Origin: Eukaryota sp. TZLM1-RC
Lineage: Eukaryota > Protista > Metamonada: BaSk clade
NCBI GenBank assembly: GCA_040285825.1
Contig: JAUPSS010000004.1
Location: 6,229,784-6,293,783, forward strand
Direction of reading: 5' to 3'
Length of the DNA: 64,000 nt
A program made the translations under genes and the position numbers. The notes beneath the pieces are model-generated. The model made no database searches. It worked only from the letters and a program-made list of their open reading frames with translations, and was not told the DNA's origin. This document shows, piece by piece, positions 52,440 to 64,000 of the stretch (the stretch's first letter is position 1; each line of letters begins with the position of its first letter).

Positions 52440-54200
52440 TTAAAAAACTTATAAATCAACATCTAAATAATCCATCTCTCCCAAAACAAAACAACTAGAT
52501 ACGACTCTCTCCTAGTGAAATCCAAGAGAAAGCAAAGCATCAGAAACCATCTTCAACATCCCTTTAAAAATAGAAAACACAATTCTATTTTGCCAAAACA
52601 ATCTGTTGATATTTCTGTTAGTTCTTTCCTTTGCAATCATTTCAAAATCTACCAAAAAACGTATGGCAGTGGGAGCAATTGAACCAAATAGGTGAAAAAA
52701 CAAATGTACACAAATTGTATTTTGCATGCTGTTGGCAGGACAATTTGGACAAAGGTTCATTGTATTTTTTGATTTTGAAATTTTCAGTTTATTTTGTTAA
52801 ATGTGCAAGATCAATAAAGAAAATTTTCAGCATTTGAAATAGAATTATGAAATTTAGAATTAGTAAGCCTTTCATTTGAGGCATTGCAAGGAGCAACAGA
52901 CATAACATCCAATAAAATGAAGGTTTCACCTAATCCAGTTAATGAGACATCACCTCTATTATTCTTATGAAAATCATCTTCAGCATCAAACAGATTTGAC
53001 AACAGAGGTTCCAAAAGGATTCATTTGTATGAGACTTACACATACATTATAATTGGTCTCTTACAGCATCATGAACCTTGCTTCTAAAACTAATAAAATG
53101 TTTACAATTTAACAAATGAGTAATTGTAATTTTTCGAGAACATTTACAAATTAAATTATGAGGCAAATCATCAGGTTAGATAAAGAAACGAAATCTCATA
53201 TTCAAACTCCAGGCAGAATCAATTATGAGAGTGCAATAAACTTGAGGAATTGTTGTTACTAAAGCAGAAGATGTACTATCACACATATCTTGTAAAAGAT
53301 TTGCAAAAGCGAAATTTTTTTTCTTGGCCAAGCCAACTCTAACATCAAAATCCAAGCTTTCATCAATCTTTGATAATTTTTGTTGAAGATTTTTACAGCA
53401 GAACTGCAAATTAAAAAGCAATCGGTTTGGAATTTCTTGAATTGATGGGGGAAAACATTTGGTCCAAATTTGTGGTAGCAATCTATCCAGTCCACAAGAT
53501 AACTCATTTAAACATGGACTGCAACTGGGAACTAACAAATGAGAATCTTCAGGAAATCTACGAGCAAATTCATTAATAAAATTCTTGCCTCCACCCAAAA
53601 ATGCTGATTGACACAAAATAGAAGATGTTGTTAATCCAATACCACCAAAATTTGCTGCCGAAAATAAGTGATTTTTCAACATTCCTGGTGCTACATCCAA
53701 TAAATCAGCAAAAAATTCTGTTCTCAATGAATTACAGGAAGGACAAAAATCTAATGCTATGGAATGAGCAAAATATCTAAAAATGTGGGTTATTCTTCCA
53801 ATATAGCAAATTTTAAGCGTGACAAATTTGATGTGTTTTGCTAAATCTAAGGAAGAAATTGAATCAAGTTCAATTTTCATTTTTTCCAAAATAACTTGTA
53901 ATTTATTCTGAACTTGAGACACATTTCCTAACCAACAACCAGGAAACTTAAAAGCATCACTACTATAGTTAGTAAAAGGGACAACAAAATTGTTCATCAG
54001 AAAATCCAGAGGAGGAGAGCCAATCAGGAGGCATTTGCTCGCATTAAGATGAAGCCCATTACTTTCATATGAATCGGCAATTTTTTGAGCAACCAATTGC
54101 AGTAAATCAAATGAACCAATCAGGGATATATCATCCATATAAGCAACTATTTTTAGGGAAGGGTGTTTTTGATTAATGATATCTAAAGTGTTGTGATTAG
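52440..54200 (-). mobile_element. CRE-like non-LTR retrotransposon relic, family R2
   Basis: RT catalytic IVAYMDDISL (~54140), GLHLNASKC, FGGIG, NRGDV; C-terminus matches the 45400-47470 copy. Confidence 0.88.
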
Positions 54201-54499
54201 CTAAATTGTTGTTGATTCATAACATACAATTTCACTATTCTGTCATTTTTTGGAATTGCTGATCCAGTTTTGGACAATCTTTCAGTCTTTTCTTCTTTTC
54301 GGCAAAATTGAACATGATTGTCAGTGACCAAATAATTTGGTATCCATTTCAACGTCATTATACGTAGTGGAAGTTGATTAATTTGAAAACGTGCTTTTGA
54401 ATTCCAACTTTCGCATTCTTGAATTTTGATTGAAATTCTACATTTATCAAAACGCACAGTACTAATGGGACCATTGAAAGAAGAATTTATCTTCAAAAT

Positions 54500-55380
54500 A
54501 CTGATTTGCTTGTTTTCTTGCCATTGCTTCTCTTATTCGATAAAATAAAAGAAATAATTTATTAATTATAGCAAATTCAATCCGCGACTGCCACAAAAGG
54601 ACATCAAATTTCTTCATTGTTTTTTAAACCAATTTTTGGCAATCATTTAAAGAATTGCCTGCTTTTATTGAATACTCTTCCGTTTATTGAAAATACAAAA
54701 TCAATAAAAACAAGTGGTCTATTTCTATCAGCATTAGCTTCTTCGATATATTTGTCATATTTTCTATGTTTTTCTTTTGCTTTAAATTCAAGAGGACCTA
54801 CAGGATTAAGTTTTCTTCTTTGAACCAAAGTGTCGTTTGCAACCTTACAGGAGACAACATCAACTGTAACTTCAGAGTTAGCAATCCAATCACAGTGAAT
54901 ATCACCTCTTTCATCAGAACCAAACTTGTTTAAATGAAGTGTTTCTCTAACCACAGGCAATCCATTCAGCATTAAGTCTATTGTAAAATCATTAGCATAA
55001 TGTTCATGCTTGCCTGTTTGCTTTGAATTCAAGCGCTATGTCATAATTCAATCTTCGGTTGTTAATTGAAATGTCATTTACACCATCACAGCAAACGAAA
55101 TAAACAATAGCTTCAGAGTAATAAATCCAATAACACTCAAAGTATATCATATCAACAGAAACAAAGATATTCAGAATGGTTCGTGTAGCAAAGACTCTTT
55201 GACACACCAGATTTTTGAGTAATGCACTTGCAAATTCAAACAGTTTCAAAACCAAAACACACAGTGAATCGTTGTTCAAATTGTCTACCCAGCAGCATAG
55301 AAAATACCATTCGTATCTATTTGAATTTCTCTATTTGGTTCATTTGCTCTAACCGCCTTACATTTCTTGAATTGTTTTTT
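54500..55380 (-). mobile_element. Two adjacent RLE-domain relics related to family R1
   Basis: ERGDIHCDW..DVVSC..RRKLNP..FKAKEKHRKY, plus a more diverged copy upstream (ECYWI..EAIV..RRLN..ALEFKA). Confidence 0.7.
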
Positions 55381-55599
55381 ATATAAAAGGGGACCAAAAC
55401 TGATAGTGTGCGTTACAATAGAGCTTCTCTGGGGCTAGCTTAAATGGTAGTTTTCCTATTTTCGATGCCATGTCTATTGACCCTTGTAATTCTTCTAATA
55501 AACAATTCATTAATCTTATGTCAATAATACACTGCTGGGCTGGGGGAAAAATTGCTAAATACACGAAACGTATTTGTTTTGTCAATCAAAATTCTCATG

Positions 55600-55876
55600 C
55601 CTAATATAAATTGCGTCCCTTTTTTTTCATCACTCAGGCTGCTGTGGCATTCCTTGAATATTTCAGTGTAGTTGTAAAGGAAAGAACTAGAAGAATTTTC
55701 ATTTGTGTTTACTGGCAAAACAGGGTTGTATTTTCAATTTATATGGGAATGGTGAAATTGAATTCTGACTCACTTTCTTTTTTTGGTCAGATTGGAGAAT
55801 CTTTAGTAATTAACTCTTTTGATGTGGGAGATGCAGGTTTTGAGGATGTGGAGCTTTAGTTGTGTATTCGATATTT
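55600..55876 (+). mobile_element. 3' RLE tail of a CRE-like retrotransposon
   Basis: VVVKERT.RIF..WQNRVVF...DAGFEDVEL*, with the same short 3' UTR as the 2280-3315 relic. Confidence 0.75.
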
Positions 55877-55880
55877 TATA

Positions 55881-56026
55881 ACCCCCGACGTAGGTAGTCT
55901 GAGTCAACCTAGATCGCTGACTGGTCGGCCAACCTATTGGAGATTTGTTGATTCGGAGTTTTGATATAATTGCTTAAGGCGGATTTCGGTCGGTTGGTCA
56001 GAGCTATTCCGACAGATCGGATTTTT
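55881..56026 (+). ncRNA. Putative structured RNA of unknown identity
   Basis: 14-bp stem with 5 G:U pairs (55917-55930 with 55988-56001), 5' hairpin TAGGT/ACCTA, 3' hairpin TCCGA-CAGA-TCGGA followed by T5. Confidence 0.3.
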
Positions 56027-56149
56027 AGCACTTACCCTAACAATAACAATAACAAAAACATTTTAACACGTGCGTCCCCAATTATTTCTAGATTGTGACG
56101 TGAATGATGCAATGGCCTCATTGAAAATTCAAAATACTAAATGTTTTCC

Positions 56150-56404
56150 TACAGAATTATGTTCTTCAAGATTAATTTTTTAGCGAAGTCAATCGGTGGT
56201 GTTCGTCCCATTGCAATTGGTGGAGTGATCTCTCGTCTGTTATCCACACTGGGTTTCAATCGTATCAAGAAAAGTGCTAAAGAGTTTCCTGGTGCTTTTC
56301 AGGTTGGTAAAGGAATTTATGATGGAATGAATGCTGCTGCTCTTGGTGTTGATTTATTTATGAATTTATCAAAAGAAAATGTTAAAGCTGTAACTCCATT
56401 TTGA
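56150..56404 (+). mobile_element. RT N-terminal fragment of a CRE-like element
   Basis: KSIGGVRPIAIGGVISRL...FQVG motif. Confidence 0.65.
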
Positions 56405-56594
56405 ATAACATTTCAGAGTTTTATAACAAACGAGTTGCTATTCGAGTGAATAGCGAAAATCTCTCGTCATTCAATTGATGGGTTATTTAGTAGGGGTATT
56501 TGGTTGAGTTTTGAAATGTGTTTGCTTTGGCTTTCTCCCAATCAACAGAGGTTCTTCTTACCCCGTTCTTGTTTATTTTTAAACTCATTAAACA

Positions 56595-57326
56595 ATGGCC
56601 ACTATACGACCTCCTTCTACGCGCCTTTCTAGCAACAGTCCAAGACCACTTAGATCTTTTCGCCTCCCGTCTTCTAGATCATCCACTTCTGATAGGCTCC
56701 CAGCAGTGAGCAGCAGATCTGCTGCATCGTCTGCTAGAACTTTATCTTCCCTCGACTGTTTTTGTGACACATCCAGAAGTACCGATTCCAACGAAAACAA
56801 GTCGAGAGAAGCTACTAATCGTGTGTACTCCAAAGCTACTTTAGAACGTCAGCGCAAGAAAACTTCTCTACTTTCACAGTTGGAACGCAAAAAAAACCTG
56901 TACAATGAACATCAACGTAAGAACGTCTCAACATGGCGAAAAAGGACAAGGAACTCTCCTTTTCTGATAAATCTTGTTGCTGATACTGAGAGAATTGACG
57001 AGGAAAGCAGAGTTGCCACTAAAACCACAGAAATTAAAAGAAAGCAAAAAGAGGCTAACCTTCAGGCTGTCAAAGATTTACTATTACAACAGACTCTTAC
57101 AGAAACAGTTGAGCATGATTTCAATGCTAAACAAAGGTTTCATGAAGTTGCTTGTAGCAAGCTGAAACCTGTACCAGTAACCACGGCAGTGACTCCACCT
57201 AAAACAGATGATGGGAATAAGTTATTAAAGAGTGAGCTCATTAATCAAAGCAAAGAGTTGTCCACAGCTAGGGTCTATGGGGATGCTTATCTTGCTTCAA
57301 GGTTTAAAGAATTGGATAGTTTTTAA
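56595..57326 (+). CDS. Hypothetical protein, Ser/Arg-rich N-terminus and coiled coil
   Basis: 243-aa intact ORF with host-like base composition. Confidence 0.65.
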   Translation: MATIRPPSTRLSSNSPRPLRSFRLPSSRSSTSDRLPAVSSRSAASSARTLSSLDCFCDTSRSTDSNENKSREATNRVYSKATLERQRKKTSLLSQLERKKNLYNEHQRKNVSTWRKRTRNSPFLINLVADTERIDEESRVATKTTEIKRKQKEANLQAVKDLLLQQTLTETVEHDFNAKQRFHEVACSKLKPVPVTTAVTPPKTDDGNKLLKSELINQSKELSTARVYGDAYLASRFKELDSF

Positions 57327-57866
57327 GTTTTTGTAATGGTAGACTATTTGTATTTGTATAGAATTGAGGGATTAAACGGTGGCTTATTTTGTTTTTAGTT
57401 TTTTAACATGTTTAATCTAGGTTTAATAAGAAGATATACTACCAAGTCTAGTGGAAAATACACTAATTTATTTGACTTTTGTCTAATTATTAATTTTATT
57501 TTTCTATGAATTTGGTTTGTCATTATAAACATTCTTATTGTACTTTACTTCTGTTTTTCATCTGTTGAATTGTTTTCAAACATGACTAAAACTACAGGTA
57601 CTTAAATTGATAGATTCTGAGCAAACTAATGGTGGTCTTGATTCGTTTGGTCTTGACATTATTCAGAATTAATCAGACCTATTAAGAAAAGGAATTGGAT
57701 TCTCTCTTCTTAAGTTTAGAGGCGGATATATAAGTAAATTTCCACAATCTACTTAGTCAAGCATAGAACCTGAACAATTGTTTCAAAAAACAAGGAGAAG
57801 AAACTTTTCAATTTGTGTTTGAAATTGAGAGAACTCTCGTGGTAAACAAAAAATGCAAAAGAAAGT

Positions 57867-59261
57867 TTATGTACAAGTCACATCATCTATTTCCAGAGTC
57901 CCTTCCAGAACAACTTCATGCTTCTTCAAACTACATGTCCTAAACTTATTTATAATCCTCAAAACCACCTCTGCTGATTTACCAAGTGTATCAGCTGGAA
58001 TATACTCTAATCTAGAGTGGAAAAGATGGCCTCCTGTAAAAAGATTCGGACATAACACCCCATTTTCGGTCAACCTGGAACCATCTGTCCCCCCTCTTAT
58101 GGGAACAACTTCACAATCAAGTCCAGATTCAGAGATACTGTCTTTGGCAAATTCAATAAGTTCTTGTGCTTTAGAGAAATGTTTCACCATATTGGCATAT
58201 TGATGAGTAAACGCTACATCTACAGATAACCCTGGTTTTGAAGATTCAAAATGTGTAGCTAGTGAAGTCAAAATACCACGAACCCTTTCGTTTTCTGCTT
58301 CACTAAAGCTCCTAATAATCATCTTTACCACACTTTCTTCACAATTCCCCTCTACTTCAGTCACATACACAAACCCTTCTCGTCCACTGGACTGATCAGG
58401 AGAGAGAATATTGCTAGAAGAATAGATCTGAGAGACGTACCGTGAAGCCTCCAAAATTGAATTCACCATCTTATTCTTTGCTATACTGGGATGTACAACT
58501 CTTCCCTTGAACGTGACACTCGCTCTCCATGCATCAAAACACTCATACTCCATCGTTCCTTCCCTCGCCCCGTCTACTGTGAAGGCAAAGTCGTGGAGGA
58601 GGGAATACTTTAGGTGGTCCGTACCTTTACCAATTTCTTCATCACATGTAAAAACAAACTGAATAAGACCATGTGGCAGGTCGTATTTCTTGATAGCAGC
58701 TAATACCGCCATTAGTGAAGCAACACCAGCCTTATCGTCAGCACCTAGGAGAGAGTTTCCAGAGGCAGTAATGATGTCTCGCCCTATGTAACGGTGAAGG
58801 TCGGGATCAAGGAAGAGATTGAGATTACCAGAATCGGCTTCACCAAGGGAAGTTCTAAAAGAGTGATGCTTGGGGGCAAGGACAAGGGAGTCGTTCTTGG
58901 AGAAAAAAATGGGCTCTCCATCATAATTCTTGTGGATGACAGGGGTGACATTGTCACCAGGAGCTTCAGGGGATGTATCGAGGTGAGCTAGGAACGAGAC
59001 ACTGGAAGTGGATGCGGTTTCGGAAGTGGCAGGGATAGTGCAATAGAGGGTACTAGAATCATCGAGGATGAGATAATCTTCGGAATATCCCAGATCAAGT
59101 ATTTCTTGATAAATAAACCTAGCTAGCTCTGTCTGTCCGGCAGAAGAAGGAACTGTATGAGAAAGTTCGTCAGCAGTTGTATCGAATGTAACATAGTGTA
59201 GAAACTTCTGGAGGGCAGTTTTCTGCAGAAACGAGCGAAGATCTGAGGAGACGTGCAGCAT
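57867..59261 (-). CDS. pepT: Peptidase T (M20B tripeptidase)
   Basis: AHLDT, LLGADDKAG, FTCDEEIG, AFTVDG, HPSIAKNKMVN and PIRGGTDG..PNLFTG motifs. Confidence 0.92.
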   Translation of the reverse strand: MLHVSSDLRSFLQKTALQKFLHYVTFDTTADELSHTVPSSAGQTELARFIYQEILDLGYSEDYLILDDSSTLYCTIPATSETASTSSVSFLAHLDTSPEAPGDNVTPVIHKNYDGEPIFFSKNDSLVLAPKHHSFRTSLGEADSGNLNLFLDPDLHRYIGRDIITASGNSLLGADDKAGVASLMAVLAAIKKYDLPHGLIQFVFTCDEEIGKGTDHLKYSLLHDFAFTVDGAREGTMEYECFDAWRASVTFKGRVVHPSIAKNKMVNSILEASRYVSQIYSSSNILSPDQSSGREGFVYVTEVEGNCEESVVKMIIRSFSEAENERVRGILTSLATHFESSKPGLSVDVAFTHQYANMVKHFSKAQELIEFAKDSISESGLDCEVVPIRGGTDGSRLTENGVLCPNLFTGGHLFHSRLEYIPADTLGKSAEVVLRIINKFRTCSLKKHEVVLEGTLEIDDVTCT

Positions 59262-59502
59262 TGGCAATCTACAGTCAAAATATAAATGTTCGAATTTTAA
59301 AGAATAATTCTTATGTTCAATTCAAACTTAGATAATCTCTTGTGTAAATAGTATTTACCCATTTTCAGTTTTGAATTTTGAATATTCAGCTCAGAGGTGT
59401 CCTGAATTTATATTTTACACTACGTCAACAACGGATAATACAGAACTAAACAAACTATTTTGATCTAGACTACGCATTTTACGAGTGAAACTTTCCTACA
59501 GC

Positions 59503-60516
59503 CTACTTCACAGAAGAAACATACTGATCTACATACCCTACAAACTCCCACCCTTCTTCAGAAAAATCCTCATCAATTACCAATTCAAACTTACTGCTGA
59601 CATGAATGTGGTAAAGCTTATCGGGTGCACAATGATCAAGAAGCTTGTGTAAAACAAAAGCTCCACAACCGAACAACTTCCGTGAATCCCATGATAACAC
59701 CTTGTTAAAGCTTGAAGTTGAGGGTAATCCGAAATTAACCGCCTTGTAGTGGTCTAGGTTATGTAGTTGTGCATCCACATAAGTTCCATTTAAATGTTCA
59801 ATTTCCAAAACTTTACCAACTCCACCCAACGTACTCTGTAACCAAGTCTTCATGGCTTTCTCTCCCCTAGTGTATGTGCTGCGTTTGCTGCTACTCTGCT
59901 GTGACTTAATCTCTATTGGTTCTCCCTTTGACGACCTACAATCTGTTTCACAAGCCAAAAGAATCTTTATCTCTTTGGAGTTCCCTTTATTAAGAGATAA
60001 AGTTGTTTCCATAATCCGAACAATGGGGTTTTCTAGTATATCTTCACCCAACAAGACCTGTTCAACTTTTCTACCAATAAAAATGGATTTTTTGTGTATT
60101 TCATTCTTTGGAGGAGGAGAATTATCTATCATTCCTAAAAATAAAGTTGAATTTCTTTTAATTGCAAAAAAACAAAAATATTGATCTGGGAGATAATTGA
60201 GCATACATAAACGTGAAATAGTATTGCGAAAACTGATGACATCATAGTGGTGAAAATTCTGTTGTGAAGCTTGTAGTGCTTCTAGAATCGATGGTTTAGC
60301 TTGAGTAGGTTGAGACGGCAATTTGGCTGATGAGTAACCATCTAGAAAGCTGATACCAGGAGATGGCAGTGTATAGCAAGGTAAGTCAACATCATCAAGT
60401 TCAACAGACACATTGTCCCTGACTCTGTATGATAAAAGCCATTTAGGGCGACTGAGTGTACCAGTGTGGTGGAAGCGAGATGGCGTTTGAATAGGATAAC
60501 ATGCTGAATGTGACAT
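59503..60516 (-). CDS. DXO: RAI1/DXO-family decapping exoribonuclease
   Basis: ISFRN, GRKVE, ACETDC, IEIKS and KTWLQSTLGGV match the DXO motifs R, GxxxE, ExD, ExK and WxQS. Confidence 0.7.
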   Translation of the reverse strand: MSHSACYPIQTPSRFHHTGTLSRPKWLLSYRVRDNVSVELDDVDLPCYTLPSPGISFLDGYSSAKLPSQPTQAKPSILEALQASQQNFHHYDVISFRNTISRLCMLNYLPDQYFCFFAIKRNSTLFLGMIDNSPPPKNEIHKKSIFIGRKVEQVLLGEDILENPIVRIMETTLSLNKGNSKEIKILLACETDCRSSKGEPIEIKSQQSSSKRSTYTRGEKAMKTWLQSTLGGVGKVLEIEHLNGTYVDAQLHNLDHYKAVNFGLPSTSSFNKVLSWDSRKLFGCGAFVLHKLLDHCAPDKLYHIHVSSKFELVIDEDFSEEGWEFVGYVDQYVSSVK

Positions 60517-60599
60517 TAAGGTTTATTTCCAACTAACTCCCAATTCATTTAGTCCACTTTATAGTTTAATGTTTTTTGTTGCAAATTTAATTGAATAAT

Positions 60600-61920
60600 A
60601 TAGAATTACTGGGATGTAAAATGTTCCAAACACTATCACTAGGCCTTTGGCTCAGAAGATTAACGAATTACGTGCAAAAATGTTGTCACATTTACTGGGA
60701 TGTAAAATGTTCCAAATTCCTGATCATGCTTTTCTTAGTCCACATTAAGGCGGTTTAAGTTTTGAACAAAGGCTTATATTTTTACTTCATATGCTTTTAT
60801 TGGTGGATGCAATTTTTGAGTTTTCTGAAAGATTTGCCGATTGGGAAGATTCATTAATGACAACGCAAAGTTCCACTGTTTTTGCATTAAATGAAGAAAT
60901 TTCAAAAATTGATGTACGAAAATGGAGTCGATGCTTTCCCCAATCATTCAATGACAATATTCCGGAAAAGCATTTTTTAAATTTAAAATACACCCTTCGA
61001 ACATTACAAAAACGATTGACTGGAATGTATGAAAATGATCTTTATAATAATATATGCAGCTTGGCTGTTTTAAAATAACATCTTCACTCATTGTTATTGG
61101 AAAAGGGTCTTTGTGAAAGCAAGTCATCAGATTATTCACTGTTTGTAAGCATTGTACCACGAAGATTTGGACTGTGTGCTTCTGATGAAGCGTTTGTAAC
61201 AAAAATGAGATTATATTTGAATATCCCCATTAATCAATTATAATCAAAAGAAAAATGTATTTGTTCGAATTCACCTCAGCTCATTTTACGTCATGCTCTG
61301 AATTGTTCGAAATTGATAACTTATCGTTCTTTATTACATGATGCTGTTAGAGACACTGCTTTCAATATGGCACGAACTGTAAGAATTTCGTGTATCAAAG
61401 AGCCTCTGCTGAAGGAAACACTGTCATTGAATAATTTTGGTTCTGATGATAGAGGTGATGTATACTGTGATTGGATTGACAACTTTGAAGCTGTTATTGA
61501 CTTTGTCTCATGCAATGTTGCACATGACACTTTGGTTTACAGAAAAACTTAATCCTGAAGGTGCTCTTGATTTTAAAGCAAAAGAAAAACATAGAAAATA
61601 TGACAAAGATATCGAAGAAGCTAATGCTGATAGAAATACACCACTTGTTTTTATTGCTTTTCCATTTTCGATAAATGGATTATCAGATGAAGCAGAATTT
61701 TTTTTGAATGACTTCCAAAAAATGGTTGAAGAAAAAACAATGAAAAGATTTGATATCCCTTCATGGCGCTCTCGGATTCTATTCGCAATTATCAAAAGAT
61801 TACCTCGGTATTTCAATCGAATAAGAGAAGCTTTAGCTAGACAGCAAGCAGATCAAGATTTTGTAGAAGAAATCCTGGTTCAATGATATTCGCCCCATCC
61901 GTTATGAATTAATTTTTTTA
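60600..61920 (+). mobile_element. CRE-like retrotransposon relic, family R1
   Basis: Near-identical to 5400-6690; ends EEILVQ*. Confidence 0.88.
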
Positions 61921-61949
61921 AGTGTGTATAATCAATAAATATAATAGAG

Positions 61950-63320
61950 ACTATTCAAAATGATTTGCAAACAAGAGCGTTCAAAATTCGGTCCACTTCA
62001 GAAATGGGACAAGATTTAGTTCAAATCAATTTACGGTCTTGTAATATCAGGAAATAAGTTATGAATAAAATCAATTGAATTTATATATGTTTGTACTCAA
62101 ACCTAATCAACAAAACTTTGAAATCAGCATCTATCCTTCCCTTTCTGACCAGAACAGTTCTTCTGAAATTTGTTTTCTTGATATAGTACTAACAAATTGT
62201 TGGTCCCACCTTTTGTCAAAGCTGAAAGAAGAACAAAGTGGGGAACTGTTTACTATTTTCAATACCATTTCAAAGAATTATAATTAAAAATTCTGCTTTG
62301 GAATAAATGGCCAAAAATAAATAAATAGAATAGAATAGAATATACAACTTACTGTTTTTGGTGGTTCATTCATAGGTCTGAACTGGTTCGCACCGATGGT
62401 TGCTTCTTGTATTCATTGAATGTCCATCACCAAAAAATGCGATATTGGCTACACGATTATTTTGCAAACAAATATTCTCTTCTTTTGTTAGCTGTGGCTA
62501 AACGTGACTTTGCTTTTTGAGAAAGTGGATCACGTCATAGAACCGTGCACAAATAACAACACTTTTAGATCTCAATAAGCCACACGTGAGCAACCATTGA
62601 AAAGAATATATTTGAGAACAACAAATCTGCTTGGAATTCTTATCTCACCACCATTCTTGCTTTTAGTTTTCTTCTCCTAGTTCATGCATTGAGTACAGTA
62701 ATGGATTCATGTGATAAATGTTTTCAGATGTTGAGATTATGGAATATGTTGATTCAAGGTGCTCGTTCATGTTTATTTTTCAATTATTCGGAGTTTACGA
62801 GTTTTCCAAAATCAACTCTGTGATAAATAGTTTCATTTAAAGGTAATTCTTTTCAACATAAGCTTTTAAATCAACCCTTGGTTGGAAGCGGTTCAAGTTT
62901 CAAACAATTTCAAATTGTGAACCGATCAGAAAAATGGAACAGTGTTTTCAATTTTAAAGGAACGGTAACATTAATTTCTGATTGGCTCCTTTGGTGGATT
63001 TTTAGAATCTCTGGTACTGAAATATTTCAATGCTGGAGAAATAGAATTTGAGAAAATAGAACCGTTTTTGTATATTTGATATTTTGTTTTATTGTTTAAT
63101 AAACATCTATTTAGTCCAAAAATTCCAAACTGAAATGACTGTCTTATTCGAAACAAAAAATCAATTGTTTCATTGAAAAATAGCATAAGACAGAACCCAC
63201 AGCAATTTGTATCTGTATTAGACTGAACTATGCATCGTGGAATACGTTGGCCGTGATGAAAGCACACTTAAATGGTGAGGACAGACCAGAATACCTGCAG
63301 AGAGCCAAGGTTGACAAAGG
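61950..63320 (+). mobile_element. Heavily decayed Fanzor-like relic, family C
   Basis: VRTDG (~62390), LIGSFG (~62980) and C-terminal ASWNTLAVMKAHLNGEDRPEYLQR, matching the Fanzor AxxN...G..RPxYLxR tail; RuvC-I not recovered. Confidence 0.5.
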
Positions 63321-63424
63321 TTCAAAGAAAAAAGTATCAAGAAGAAAATCTTCCATTTCTCAAAAACTCAGTCCCTCTACAAAAAAGGACACTTATTTCA
63401 TTGTTATAAACGATATCTGTTACA

Positions 63425-64000
63425 ATGACCGAAGCTCCATTGTTAACTGTGAACTTTCCCGATGCAACTGCTTCTCTTCTAGTAACAGATCCCCTCAACA
63501 AAATACATTTAACTTCTGATTCACAGATAAGAGGTTATGTTGACATCATTACTCATGATCATCTTGAGCATCCTCACTTAATATATGAATCTATTTCACA
63601 ATTTAAAGCTCTAACCCAACTGATAAACAATCCATCCACTGATATCGATCTTCTTCGTCCGCAAGTTTTACGTAGATCCCAGAAAGTGCGTGCCTTACTT
63701 GCTACAGCACTTACACGTGTTCAAGACGACCCTCTCAACCATCCTCTTCGATCGACCATCTCTTTATGGCATTGGGCTGAGATCTTCCTCCTTCATCCTC
63801 CGCATATCAAGATCTATGCAGAGCTCAGTCTATGGCTGCAGGCTGAACTACCGAGGTATGATGATGTTGATTTTGATGATCCCTCCTTTTCTTTAGCTTT
63901 GAAATCTCTTGTTCTATCTGGTCAATTCCTCGAAGCTTCTTTGCTTTGTGGACAATGTCAAGCCGAAGCTTGGCAGGGGGTCTCCTGGTTACTAGCTCAA
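63425..64000 (+). CDS. NUP85: Nup85-like nucleoporin, 5' part (runs off the window; missing from the ORF track)
   Basis: 192 open codons from ATG 63425; SLWHWAEIFL...LSLWL...DDPSF...LVLSGQFLEA resembles the Nup85 pattern WxLxEI..LLxW..FW..LVLxG...A. Confidence 0.6.
   Translation, partial: MTEAPLLTVNFPDATASLLVTDPLNKIHLTSDSQIRGYVDIITHDHLEHPHLIYESISQFKALTQLINNPSTDIDLLRPQVLRRSQKVRALLATALTRVQDDPLNHPLRSTISLWHWAEIFLLHPPHIKIYAELSLWLQAELPRYDDVDFDDPSFSLALKSLVLSGQFLEASLLCGQCQAEAWQGVSWLLAQ

Noticed and set aside
56028-56042. cttaccctaac as a telomerase RNA template
   Set aside because: Short, mismatched, and located after the putative T5 end; no supporting pseudoknot identified.

Overview
AT-rich eukaryotic nuclear DNA, most likely from a flagellated protist. 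About 16 apparently intronless host genes are present: IFT56/TTC26, CENP-S, a TLC-domain protein, glycogen branching enzyme, a CAAX inositol 5-phosphatase, a RING/KEG-like SH3-repeat ligase, IFT122, a 2828-aa surface protein, a tandem threonine dehydratase, peptidase T, DXO, a Nup85-like gene and a few unknowns. There is also one tRNA-His gene. The spacers are packed with decayed mobile elements: many CRE-like RT+RLE non-LTR relics, a small LTR element, and at least four Fanzor (eukaryotic TnpB-like) relics. Main discovery: in two diverged copies (20836-24860 and 10779-15660, both minus strand) the Fanzor reading frame continues in frame from an upstream PolB-type DEDDy 3'-5' exonuclease domain, with no polymerase domain. 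In one copy this is preceded by a Ulp1-like protease. The second copy is visible only after excising a 1.7-kb LTR insertion, which restores the frame. All three Fanzor copies that retain their 3' end stop just upstream of a co-oriented host start codon. All calls come from motif recognition by eye; no searches were run, and relic boundaries are approximate.
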